From positions 4,370 through 68,369 of the forward strand of contig CAWHHY010000027.1 of assembly GCA_963829305.1 (NCBI GenBank): 64,000 bases of DNA. The letters run 5' to 3'. A program made the translations under genes and the position numbers. Under the pieces are notes generated by a model that was not told the origin of the DNA, made no database searches, and saw only the letters and a list, made by a program, of their open reading frames with translations. Source of the DNA: an uncultured Actinomycetota bacterium (GTDB taxonomy: Bacteria > Actinomycetota > Actinomycetes > Mycobacteriales > Pseudonocardiaceae). Below are positions 27,370 to 36,328 of this stretch, piece after piece. Position 1 is the first letter of the stretch. Every line of letters starts with the position of its first letter.

Positions 27370-28746
27370 GTGTCCGAGGGCGTCGGCCGCGTTGATCCGG
27401 CGCGGGGCGGCCGCCCCGCACGGAGTGCGGGGCGGACACGTCGTGGCCGGATCGGTCACAGCCTGCCCCGTCCGCTGCGCCCGATCCGGCACCGCGAGTT
27501 CCGGCTGCTGATCGCGTCGGGGTCGGCCTCGCTGCTCGCCGACGGGCTGTGGCTCGTCGCCCTCGTGTGGCAGGTCATCGGGTCGGGCGGCGGTCCGTCG
27601 GACCTGTCGGTGGTGGCTGCGGCGACGAGCCTAGGTTTGGTCGTCGCCGTGCTGATGGGCGGCGTGGCGGCCGACCGCTTCCCGAAACGCGCCGTGCTGC
27701 TGGGCGTGGAGGCGGTGCGCACGGCTGTCCCGGCCGCCACCGGCGTCCTCGCCCTTGCCGGTGCGCTGCCGGTGTGGTCCCTCGCGGCGCCGGCGTTCCT
27801 CGTCGGCGCGGCGGGCGGCTTCTACTACCCGACGTGGTCGGCGGTGGTACCCGCGCTGCTTCCCGCGGACGAGCTGCTCGCCGCGAACGGCATCGAGGGG
27901 ATGCTGCGTCCGCTCGCCCAGCAGGCGGCCGGGCCTGCGCTGGCCGGGCTGCTGGTCGCGGCCTTCTCCCCGCAGGTCGCACTGCTGGGGGCCGGCGTCG
28001 CGTACCTGGGCGCCCTGCTGCCGTTGACGGCGATGCGACCCGTCCCGCGCCCCACCGCGGAAAGCCGGGACGCGACCGAGCCGTCGGTACGACGCCAGCT
28101 CGCCGAGGGCTTCGCGTACCTGTTCCGTACCGGGTGGCTGTTCGCCACGCTGGCCTTCGCCATCCTGTACGTCCTGGTCGTCATGGGCCCCATCGAGGTG
28201 CTGTTGCCGTTCGCGGTCCGCGACCGGGTCGGCGCCGGCCCCGCCGCCCTCTCCCTGGTGCTGGCGGCCTACGGCGTGGGCAGCGCTGTCGGGGCGCTGC
28301 TCGTGTCGTCGACGCGCCTGCCGCGCCGGTACCTGACCGTGATGCTGCTGTGCTGGGGCCTGGGCGCGCTGCCGATGCTCGCGTTCGGCCTGTCCACACT
28401 GCTCTGGGTCATGGTCGCAGCGAGCCTCGTCGTGGGTCTCACGGACGCCGCCGCGATGGTCATCTGGGGCACCCTGCTCCAGCGCCGTGTGCCGACGCAT
28501 CTGCTCGGGCGGGTGTCGAGCCTCGACTTCTTCGTCTCGCTCGCGCTCATGCCGGTGTCGATGGCGCTGGCCGGCCCGATCGGAGAGCGGATCGGGATTC
28601 CCGCGGCGTTCGCAGTCGCCGCGGTGGTGCCGCCGGTGCTCGCGGTGGCCGCGCTGCTGGCCTGGCGCCTGCCCCGGGACGAGCTGGCCCATCCGCTGGA
28701 GGTCGTTCGGGCGGAGCCGGTCGGCGCGGGGCAACCGCGACGATGA
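27370..28746 (+). CDS. MFS transporter
   Basis: Multiple predicted TM helices following HREFRLLIASGSASLLADGLW. GTG at 27370 is preceded by GAGAGGA. Codons ~9-31 are encoded by a repeat element. Confidence 0.8.
   Translation: MSEGVGRVDPARGGRPARSAGRTRRGRIGHSLPRPLRPIRHREFRLLIASGSASLLADGLWLVALVWQVIGSGGGPSDLSVVAAATSLGLVVAVLMGGVAADRFPKRAVLLGVEAVRTAVPAATGVLALAGALPVWSLAAPAFLVGAAGGFYYPTWSAVVPALLPADELLAANGIEGMLRPLAQQAAGPALAGLLVAAFSPQVALLGAGVAYLGALLPLTAMRPVPRPTAESRDATEPSVRRQLAEGFAYLFRTGWLFATLAFAILYVLVVMGPIEVLLPFAVRDRVGAGPAALSLVLAAYGVGSAVGALLVSSTRLPRRYLTVMLLCWGLGALPMLAFGLSTLLWVMVAASLVVGLTDAAAMVIWGTLLQRRVPTHLLGRVSSLDFFVSLALMPVSMALAGPIGERIGIPAAFAVAAVVPPVLAVAALLAWRLPRDELAHPLEVVRAEPVGAGQPRR
27394..27461 (+). 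repeat. 68-nt nested-palindrome repeat, copy A
   Basis: GATCCGGCGCGGGGCGGCCGCCCCGCACGGAGTGCGGGGCGGACACGTCGTGGCCGGATCGGTCACAG. It is 65/68 identical to 40657-40724. An inner 11-bp stem (CCGCCCCGCAC/GTGCGGGGCGG) sits inside outer arms GATCCGGC/GCCGGATC. Confidence 0.85.
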
Positions 28747-28891
28747 CCGTCTGATCAGCGATGCAGCGGTCGGTGGGCGGCGCCGGCACCGAACCGTGCC
28801 CGCAGGCCACCCGGAGGGTCCGGGTACCGTCGTTTCCGACGTGCCGACAGGTAGCACGAGCAGGGACGTCGCCACATTCGGAGGGGGCGGG

Positions 28892-30136
28892 ATGATCGGG
28901 CCATGGAGGCGGCGGAGGCACCCGGAGCGCGTCGGCGAGCACTCAGCGGACGCTGCGATGGGTGACGCGCCACGAGACGGCGAGATCGACCGCCTGATCG
29001 TGCAGCAGTACGACCCCAGGCGCGCCGTGACGATCGGTGGCATCGACACATGCCTGCGGGGCGTCCTCACCTACGCCCCGTCCGACGTCGCGCTCGGCGT
29101 CGTGGGTATCGACACCTCAGGCTCGACCAACCGTCCGCTGGGGCGTTGGCAGCGAGTGCAGCGTGGTGACCGGCAAATCTGGTTCCTTCCCGTCGCGCGC
29201 ATCGACACCGCACGCCCCAAAGGCAATGTCCCCTACTCCGCGCGCCTCATCGCGGGTCTGCTGCGCTACCGGACGCGGATCCCGCGCGCCGCATCCGTCC
29301 AGGCACATCGGGTGGATGTCGGCCTCTTCACCCGACTGCTGTTCCGGGGTCCGCTGGTCTACTGCATCCACACCCAGGAGCGCGGCCTGCTCGGGCCGAC
29401 GTCCGACTCGTTCTGGCGGCTCCTCGGCGGGCTGCACGAGCGGCTGGACCGGTCGATCGTGCGGCGGGCGCTACGGGTCATCGTGTTCAACCCGGCCTAC
29501 GCCGAGAAGGTGCGACGGTGGAACCCGCGCACGGTGTCCGCGCCCACGTGGTTCGACCCCGCCATCTCGGCCCCCCCGGCCGATGAGCCCAACCCGTACG
29601 GCGTCGTCTGGGTCGGACGGCTGGAGGTTCCTAAGGATCCCGCGCTGGCCGTCGACGCCTTTGCGGCCCTCGTCCGGGAGGACGGCGCGGAGCCGTGGAC
29701 GCTCGAGGTGGTCGGCTCCGGGACTCTGCGTCCCACCATCGAGGCGCAGATCGCCGGGCTGCCGCCCGACGTGGGTCGCCGGATCACGCTGAGGGGTCGG
29801 CTGTCCCCGGTCGACGTCGCCGAGGCACGGAGCCGCTCCGCCGTGTTCCTCATGACCTCCCACGCCGGCTACGAAGGCTTCCCGCGCGTGCTGGTGGAGG
29901 CCATGGCCGCGGGGCTGCCCGCCGTCGTGACCGAGGGCAGCGACACCGGCGGCCTGATCCAGCAGGGGGTCTCGGGCTTCGTGTACGGGCGGGATCCGGA
30001 GGAGCTGGCCGACGCGATCCGGGCCGCCCGAGGCCTCGACCGCACGAAGGTGACCGACGCCGTCGCGGCGCTGAGTGCACCGCGCGTGGTGCGGGAGGTC
30101 TTCTTCCCGGACTCGCCGGCCCCTGCGACCCCCTAG
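28892..30136 (+). CDS. GT4-family (group 1) glycosyltransferase
   Basis: ATG at 28892 is preceded by GGAGGGGG. The C-terminal domain shows WVGRLEVPKD...EGFPRVLVEAMAAGLPAVV (E-x7-E). Confidence 0.8.
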   Translation: MIGPWRRRRHPERVGEHSADAAMGDAPRDGEIDRLIVQQYDPRRAVTIGGIDTCLRGVLTYAPSDVALGVVGIDTSGSTNRPLGRWQRVQRGDRQIWFLPVARIDTARPKGNVPYSARLIAGLLRYRTRIPRAASVQAHRVDVGLFTRLLFRGPLVYCIHTQERGLLGPTSDSFWRLLGGLHERLDRSIVRRALRVIVFNPAYAEKVRRWNPRTVSAPTWFDPAISAPPADEPNPYGVVWVGRLEVPKDPALAVDAFAALVREDGAEPWTLEVVGSGTLRPTIEAQIAGLPPDVGRRITLRGRLSPVDVAEARSRSAVFLMTSHAGYEGFPRVLVEAMAAGLPAVVTEGSDTGGLIQQGVSGFVYGRDPEELADAIRAARGLDRTKVTDAVAALSAPRVVREVFFPDSPAPATP

Positions 30137-30187
30137 ACGGATGGGTGGTCCCGAGATCGCCGGTGCCCGGCGACGTGCTGTGCACTC

Positions 30188-31495
30188 GTGCGGCTGTGGC
30201 AGACGCCGGTGAGGAAGGACCTGTCGAGCGCGGTGGCGGCGGTCGTCGGATCGCTCCCTGGGTTCACGCTCCCGTTCGTCGCCGCGCTGGTGCTGAGTCC
30301 GCGCGGCTCCGACGTCCTGCTGCTGGCGCTGTCGGTCGCGATCACCCAGGCCGTGATCGTCAGCTCGGCGGTGGACCTGACCACGATCGCCGAGTACGGC
30401 CGGTTGCTCGGCCGACATGCCGAGCCCAGCCGTGCCGCCGTGCGCGCGTTCCGCTGGCGTGTCGTGCGGTTCGCGCTCGTGCTGACCGTGCTGGTCACTC
30501 CCGTGCTCGCCGTCGCCTACGCGAGCCGGTCGCCCGACCGGGGGGAGTTCCTCGCCCTCGTCGCCGTCGTCACGGCGGCACCGGTGCTGTCCGCGGTCGC
30601 CAGCATGCTGTCCGGGGAGTGCGTGGCCCGCGGTGCACCGGTCGTCCCCGTCGCGGTCCAGGCCATGCGGTCGTTCGTGCCCGCCGTGCTCCTCCTCGCC
30701 TGGCCGAGTGCACCGTTGTGGCTGGTCGCGGCGGCCCTGCCAGCGGGAGAGGCGATCCGGGGCGTCATCCTGCTGGTGTCCTGCCGCCGGTTGCGGCGTG
30801 CGCAGGTGCCCGAGGCGCAGGAGCACGCCGATGTCATGCCCGCGTACGGCCTGGTCCCCCAGGCCGCCTCCTCAGGGGTGACCCAGCTCGGACCAGCCGT
30901 GGACCGGATGTTCCTGACGTCGTCGGGCGCGGGCTTCATCTCCGCGTACGAGATGGCGGACCGGCTGATGTATGCCGCGGCCCAGTTCTTCTCGCTGACG
31001 TTCGTCTACCGCCGGGTCGCCACGTGGGCGCGGCTGCCTGCGATGGAGGCCGACCGGGCGGGGCGACTGCTGCGACGCGACGCGCGTGTTCTCGGGGTGG
31101 CGGTCGCCGTGCTGACCGTCGCCGGGGTGTTGGGATGCGCCGTTGCGCTGGCGTCGGGGCTGCTCCCGGCGGACTGGACCCAGGGGTTCTGGTGGGGCGC
31201 CCTGGTGATGCTGTCGGTGCCGGCCCACGGGTTCAACGTCGTGGGCACGCGACTGCTCGTGGTGAGCCGCAAGCAGCACTTCATGCTGTGGATCGCCATC
31301 GCCACTGTCGTGCTGAACGCCGCGCTCGACGCGGCGTTCTACCTGTGGTTCGGACCGATCGGGATCGTCGTCTCGACGGTCGTGGTGCGGTGGGTCATGG
31401 CGGGGGTGTACCTCGCACTGCTGCGCGTGGTCATGCCGCGGACGATCGGCCAGGACGTCGCCGAACAAGCCGGCGGGGGACGCCACCGGCTCTGA
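30188..31495 (+). CDS. polytopic membrane protein, polysaccharide-flippase (MOP/Wzx)-like
   Basis: 435 aa with about 12 hydrophobic segments, adjacent to the glycosyltransferase. The family assignment rests on architecture and context only. Confidence 0.5.
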   Translation: MRLWQTPVRKDLSSAVAAVVGSLPGFTLPFVAALVLSPRGSDVLLLALSVAITQAVIVSSAVDLTTIAEYGRLLGRHAEPSRAAVRAFRWRVVRFALVLTVLVTPVLAVAYASRSPDRGEFLALVAVVTAAPVLSAVASMLSGECVARGAPVVPVAVQAMRSFVPAVLLLAWPSAPLWLVAAALPAGEAIRGVILLVSCRRLRRAQVPEAQEHADVMPAYGLVPQAASSGVTQLGPAVDRMFLTSSGAGFISAYEMADRLMYAAAQFFSLTFVYRRVATWARLPAMEADRAGRLLRRDARVLGVAVAVLTVAGVLGCAVALASGLLPADWTQGFWWGALVMLSVPAHGFNVVGTRLLVVSRKQHFMLWIAIATVVLNAALDAAFYLWFGPIGIVVSTVVVRWVMAGVYLALLRVVMPRTIGQDVAEQAGGGRHRL

Positions 31496-31520
31496 CCCCA
31501 TCCCCGCACCGCCTGGCGCG

Positions 31521-32774
31521 TCACGCTGCCGGATCGCCTGCGACCTGGCCCCGCGTCGCCCGGCGCGCCTTCCTCCGGATCCTGTCGGTGGCGACGCGCA
31601 GGGTGTCGAACGCCCGCGCGGCGGCAGGCCCGACATCGTGGAGGTCCAGCACCGCGAAGATGCACTTTCGCCGGTAGGGCGCGAAGAACTCGCCGAGGGA
31701 GTAGTCGGGCCGACGTGTGTAGTGCCTGAGGTTCTGCAGGTCGCGCGTGACGTCGATCCAGTAGATGCCCTGCTCGTAGTCGCGCTGGACCGGCACGATG
31801 CCGTCGACCATGTGCTGGTACTGCATCCAGGCGAAGTTCAGCCCGCACCGGGTCGCGAGCAACGACGACAGGTTGTGGCGGGCGTTCACCTCCATCACCT
31901 TGTACTGGCCGTCCCGTGGGTCCCGCTTGAACTCGGTGCACGAGTAGCCCGAGAACTTCGCCGCGCGGAGGAGACGGCGACCCTCTTCAGCGACCTCCGG
32001 CATCCACTCGCTCACCACGACCGACGGTGATCCCGTGTCGGGCGGTGAGTTCCGGACCTTCCTGGAGGTGAACTCGACCAGCGGCTCGCCGTTCCAGAAA
32101 TACGAGTTGTAGACGGCGCCGCACTGCTCGTCGCCCGGAATGAATTCCTGGAGCACCACCTCGAGCGAGTGCGACCGGGCGACCGCGTAAGCCCGCAGGG
32201 CTTCCTCCGTGCTGTCGACCCGCGTCCACTTGACGCCGACGAGCTCGCGGTAGATGTGGCTGAGCTCCGGCTTGAGCACGGCGGGAAACTCCGCGGACTC
32301 ACAGAACCGACGCACATCCTCTTCGTTCGACGGCGCGAAGGTGACCGGGCCGGGGACACCGGCGGAGCGAGCGAGCGCGAACGTCTTTGCCTTGTTCAAC
32401 AGGGTCTCGGTCACCTCCGCGTCGTCGCTCGCCACGATCAGCCCGGCGTCCTCCAGGCTCGTCTTGTGCCGGGCGACGGTGCCCAGCGCGGCGTCGGAGG
32501 CGGGGATCAGCAGCGATCCCGGGCTGCGATGGGCCGCTTCGAGCAGCACCCTGACGAACTGCGCCTCGTCCTTGTCCGGGTGCGGCGCCCGGAGGACCTG
32601 GCGGACAAATCGTGAGCTCGGCGCGATGTCGCGTTTGTCGTAGCTGACGACGGTGACGGAGACGCCCTGCCGGCCAAGGCTGCGAACCACACCCAGACCG
32701 TGTGTGGCTCCGGACACAACGATTGCAGTGATCATCGTCGGTACGCCGGACACCTTCCCGACGGTGATGTCCAT
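31521..32774 (-). CDS. ATP-grasp domain protein (carboxylate-amine ligase-like)
   Basis: The series PAVLKPELSH, VVLQEFIPGDE and YKVMEVNARH fits the ATP-grasp fold. The start may be the internal MITAIVVSG. Confidence 0.8.
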   Translation of the reverse strand: MDITVGKVSGVPTMITAIVVSGATHGLGVVRSLGRQGVSVTVVSYDKRDIAPSSRFVRQVLRAPHPDKDEAQFVRVLLEAAHRSPGSLLIPASDAALGTVARHKTSLEDAGLIVASDDAEVTETLLNKAKTFALARSAGVPGPVTFAPSNEEDVRRFCESAEFPAVLKPELSHIYRELVGVKWTRVDSTEEALRAYAVARSHSLEVVLQEFIPGDEQCGAVYNSYFWNGEPLVEFTSRKVRNSPPDTGSPSVVVSEWMPEVAEEGRRLLRAAKFSGYSCTEFKRDPRDGQYKVMEVNARHNLSSLLATRCGLNFAWMQYQHMVDGIVPVQRDYEQGIYWIDVTRDLQNLRHYTRRPDYSLGEFFAPYRRKCIFAVLDLHDVGPAAARAFDTLRVATDRIRRKARRATRGQVAGDPAA

Positions 32775-32984
32775 TCCCCCGGCGGCGCGTGCTCATGTCG
32801 CGAATCGGGCATGGGGGAACTCCTTTGCTGGGGAGGCGCCGTCGGCGCCACCCGAGGATCGAATGGCACGCCCGTCGAGTTCGGCTGGCAGAACTTTACC
32901 GATCCGCGTGAGAACCGCGAGCCGACCCCACCCATACCTGTTGCCCGCTTTGCACGTTTGATCGGTTTCTGAGCGAGACACACG

Positions 32985-34361
32985 CTAGAGAGCCTTGAGC
33001 TCCTCGGTCACCTCCATGACCGAGCTCCTGGCGTCGCCGAAGAGCATCACGGTGTGCGGCGCGGAGAAGAGCGGGTTGTCGATGCCGGCGAAGCCGGTGT
33101 TCATCGACCGCTTGAGCACAATCACCGAGCGGCTGCGGTCGACGTCCAGGATGGGCATGCCGTGGAGGGGTGATCCGGGATCGGTGCACGCGGCCGGGTT
33201 GGTGACGTCGTTCGCACCGATCACGAGGGCGACGTCGGTGCGCGGGAACTCGTCGTTGATCTCATCCGTCCGGCGCAGCGCGTCGTAGGGCACGTCCGCC
33301 TCGGCCAGCAGGACGTTCATGTGCCCCGGCATCCGGCCGGCGACGGGGTGGATCGCGTACTTGACCTCGACGCCGCGCTCCTCCAGCAAATCAGCCATGT
33401 CCTTGACCGCGTGCTGGGCCTGGGCGACAGCCATCCCGTACCCCGGCACGACGATCACCTGCGAGGCATGGATCATGCGGATCGCCGCGTCGGCGGCCGT
33501 GGTGGCGGTGACGTGGCGGTTCGCGCCGCCGTCCACGTCGGGCGCCGGCGCGGCCCCCTCGAACCCGCCCGCGACGATCGCCGGGATCGAGCGGTTCATT
33601 GTGGTCGCCATGAGGTTGGTGAGGGTGGCGCCAGACGCCCCCACGATCATCCCGGCGACGATCATCGCCGTGTTGCCCAACGCCAGACCGGCCGCGGCGG
33701 CCGACAGCCCGGTCAACGCGTTCAGCAGGGAGATCACCACGGGCATGTCGGCGCCGCCGATGGGCAGCACCACCATGACGCCGAGCGCGGCGGCGAAGAC
33801 CAGGAGCCCGACCATCCACGGCTCCGCGCCGCCGATCGCCGCCGACGCCGCGCAGGCCGCGGCCCCGGCCAGCAGCAGCAGATTCACCGCCTGCTGTGCT
33901 CGGCCCAACCCGAGCGGGCGGCCGGGCAGAATCTCCTGGAGCTTGCCGAACGCCACGAACGAGCCCCAGAACGACACCGAGCCGACGATCGCGCCGAACA
34001 GGGAGGCGATCACGACGTACAGCGGCTCGCCGGTGAACGCGTCCGTGGTGCGGAACTCCGACCACGCGATGAGGGCGACCGCGGCGCCGCCGACGCCGTT
34101 GAACAGTGCCACCATCTGCGGTAGGGCCGACATCGGCGCCCGCCGCGCCGACGGCACGCCCAGCGCCGCGCCGACCACGAGCCCCGCGAGGATCAGCAGC
34201 CAGTTGTGGCGCACCATGAGCAGCGTCGCGAGCACCGCCACGAGCATGCCGACCGCAGCGATCTTGTTGCCGCGCACCGCCGTCCGCGGCCCGGTGAGTC
34301 CGGACAGGCCGAGGATGAGCAGCGCGAACGCGACGATGTAGAGAAGGGGGACGACCGTCAA
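32985..34361 (-). CDS. pntB: NAD(P) transhydrogenase subunit beta
   Basis: 458 aa with an N-terminal membrane domain and a C-terminal dIII domain (VVPGYGMAVAQAQH...GANDVTNPAA...GMPILDV). Confidence 0.93.
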   Translation of the reverse strand: MTVVPLLYIVAFALLILGLSGLTGPRTAVRGNKIAAVGMLVAVLATLLMVRHNWLLILAGLVVGAALGVPSARRAPMSALPQMVALFNGVGGAAVALIAWSEFRTTDAFTGEPLYVVIASLFGAIVGSVSFWGSFVAFGKLQEILPGRPLGLGRAQQAVNLLLLAGAAACAASAAIGGAEPWMVGLLVFAAALGVMVVLPIGGADMPVVISLLNALTGLSAAAAGLALGNTAMIVAGMIVGASGATLTNLMATTMNRSIPAIVAGGFEGAAPAPDVDGGANRHVTATTAADAAIRMIHASQVIVVPGYGMAVAQAQHAVKDMADLLEERGVEVKYAIHPVAGRMPGHMNVLLAEADVPYDALRRTDEINDEFPRTDVALVIGANDVTNPAACTDPGSPLHGMPILDVDRSRSVIVLKRSMNTGFAGIDNPLFSAPHTVMLFGDARSSVMEVTEELKAL

Positions 34362-34708
34362 TCCCGGCCGTCCTCGGTGCGGTGCACCGACCGCTCGGGC
34401 TTGAACGTGCCCAGCATCCGGTCGGTGACGAGGAACCCGCCCACAATGTTGATCATGCCGAAGGCGATCGCCGCCACGAGGACGATCGCGTCGAACGGCG
34501 AGGGGTTCTCGAGCCGTCCGAGTACGACGATCCCGCCGAGCAGCACGATCCCGTGGATCGCGCTCGTGCCCGACATCAGCGGTGTGTGCAACGTGTTGGG
34601 CACCTTGGAGATCGCCGCGAACCCGACGAACCCGGCCAGCACGAGGATCGCCGTGTCCGCCAGCAGGTCCCCGGACGTCCCGACGGCCATCAGCCCCGAC
34701 GCCATCAC
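34358..34708 (-). CDS. pntAB: NAD(P) transhydrogenase subunit alpha part 2 (membrane)
   Basis: FVGFAAISKVPNTLHTPLMSGTSAIHGIVLLGG. The start is placed at a GTG 7 nt after GGGAGG (the ORF track begins at 34732). An ATGA overlap links it to pntB. Confidence 0.85.
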   Translation of the reverse strand: MMASGLMAVGTSGDLLADTAILVLAGFVGFAAISKVPNTLHTPLMSGTSAIHGIVLLGGIVVLGRLENPSPFDAIVLVAAIAFGMINIVGGFLVTDRMLGTFKPERSVHRTEDGRD

Positions 34709-34787
34709 GTGCATCCCTCCCGGGTCACGCACAACCCCACCAGCACCTCGTCGCCCCGCCTACCACCCGGTCCGGCACGAGCGCGCG

Positions 34788-35636
34788 TCAGTCCGCCGGG
34801 AGGGTGAGGATTCGCGGGCCGTCGTCGGTCACGGCGACCGTGTGCTCCCAGTGCGCGGCCCGGCTGCCGTCCGCCGTGACGACCGTCCATCCGTCGTCGA
34901 GCTCACGGGTCTCCGGGTCTCCGGCCGTCAGCATCGGTTCGACGGCCAGCGCCATGCCCACGACCAGCCGCGGGCCCTGCCCGGGGGCGCCGTGGTTGGC
35001 CAGGAACGGGTCCATGTGCATGGCCGTGCCGATGCCGTGACCGCCGTACTCCTCGACAATGCCGTAGGTGACGCCGTCCCGGTGACCGGCGGCCTCGGTC
35101 GCGGTCTGCACGGCGTGCGAGACGTCGCTGAGCCGCGCGCCGGCCCGGACGGCCGCGATCCCCGCCTCCAGGGCGTCCCGGCACGCGGCCGACAGGGCGA
35201 GGTCGGCCGGTGCGCCGGCACCGATGGCGATGGTGACGGCGGCGTCGCCGTGCCAGCCCTCGACGATCGCCCCGCAGTCGACCGACAGCAGATCGCCGTC
35301 CGCGAGGAGCTGGGTGGCCGCGGGGATGCCGTGCACGATCTGCTCGTTCACGGATGCGCAGATCGACGCCGGGTAGCCGTGGTAGCCGAGGAAGGACGGC
35401 ACACCGCCACCGTCCCGGATGACCTGCTCGGCGATCGCGTCGAGCTCACCGGTGCTCACCCCGGGCCGCGCGGCGTCGGTCACGGCGGCCAGGGCCCGGG
35501 CGACGAGGGCGCCGGCGACCCGCATGGCGTCGATCTCGACCGGGGTCTTGAGCTCGATGTCACGGCCACGCCAGCGGGCGAGCACCGCGCGCACCCCGCC
35601 CCGTGTGCTGCCGGTCATCGCGCTCCCCCGTCGCAC
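34788..35636 (-). CDS. map: type I methionine aminopeptidase
   Basis: Metal-ligand contexts [28 protein letters not shown] and AHWEHTV. Confidence 0.93.
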   Translation of the reverse strand: MRRGSAMTGSTRGGVRAVLARWRGRDIELKTPVEIDAMRVAGALVARALAAVTDAARPGVSTGELDAIAEQVIRDGGGVPSFLGYHGYPASICASVNEQIVHGIPAATQLLADGDLLSVDCGAIVEGWHGDAAVTIAIGAGAPADLALSAACRDALEAGIAAVRAGARLSDVSHAVQTATEAAGHRDGVTYGIVEEYGGHGIGTAMHMDPFLANHGAPGQGPRLVVGMALAVEPMLTAGDPETRELDDGWTVVTADGSRAAHWEHTVAVTDDGPRILTLPAD

Positions 35637-35701
35637 CCGGTCGGCGTTGCGCCACTGGTCCGCTCGCGACGCTCGCTCACCGTATTCCCTCGCTCCGGTC
35701 G

Positions 35702-36250
35702 CTAGCGGTGCGGCAGCGCGTCCGCGAGCCGCTCCGTGATCTCCTCGATGGACCCGACGGCTTCAACACTCACGAGCTTGGCGTGGTAGTGGTCGAGCAG
35801 CGGGGCGGTCTCGTCGCGGTAGACCTTCTGCCGGTTGCGGATGACCTCTTCGGTGTCGTCGCTGCGACCGCGGCCGAGCAGCCGCTCGACCACGACGTCG
35901 TCCGGCACCGCGAGCTCGACGATGGCGTCGAGGTCGACGCCCAGCTCCTCGAGCATGATGTCCAGCGCGTCGGCCTGCGGCAGCGTGCGCGGGAAACCGT
36001 CGAGGATGAAGCCCTTCGCGGTGTCGGGCTCGGCCAGGCGGGCGCGGACCATACCGCAGGTCACCTCGTCCGGCACCAGGTCGCCGGCGTCCATGTAGCG
36101 CTTGGCCTCGACGCCCAGCCGCGTCATCTGCTTGAGGTTCGCGCGAAACAGGTCACCGGTGGAGATGTGGGGCACGTCGAGCCGCTCGGCCAACCGTTCC
36201 GCCTGCGTGCCCTTGCCCGCCCCCGGCGGACCCACAAGAACCAACCGCAC
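35702..36250 (-). CDS. adk: adenylate kinase
   Basis: [21 protein letters not shown], 182 aa. Confidence 0.96.
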   Translation of the reverse strand: MRLVLVGPPGAGKGTQAERLAERLDVPHISTGDLFRANLKQMTRLGVEAKRYMDAGDLVPDEVTCGMVRARLAEPDTAKGFILDGFPRTLPQADALDIMLEELGVDLDAIVELAVPDDVVVERLLGRGRSDDTEEVIRNRQKVYRDETAPLLDHYHAKLVSVEAVGSIEEITERLADALPHR

Positions 36251-36328
36251 GTTTCCTCCACACCTCGACGCGACAGGAGCCTCGACACGATCCCGACGGC
36301 CTGAGCGCCGACGGTGGCTGTCCTGACG

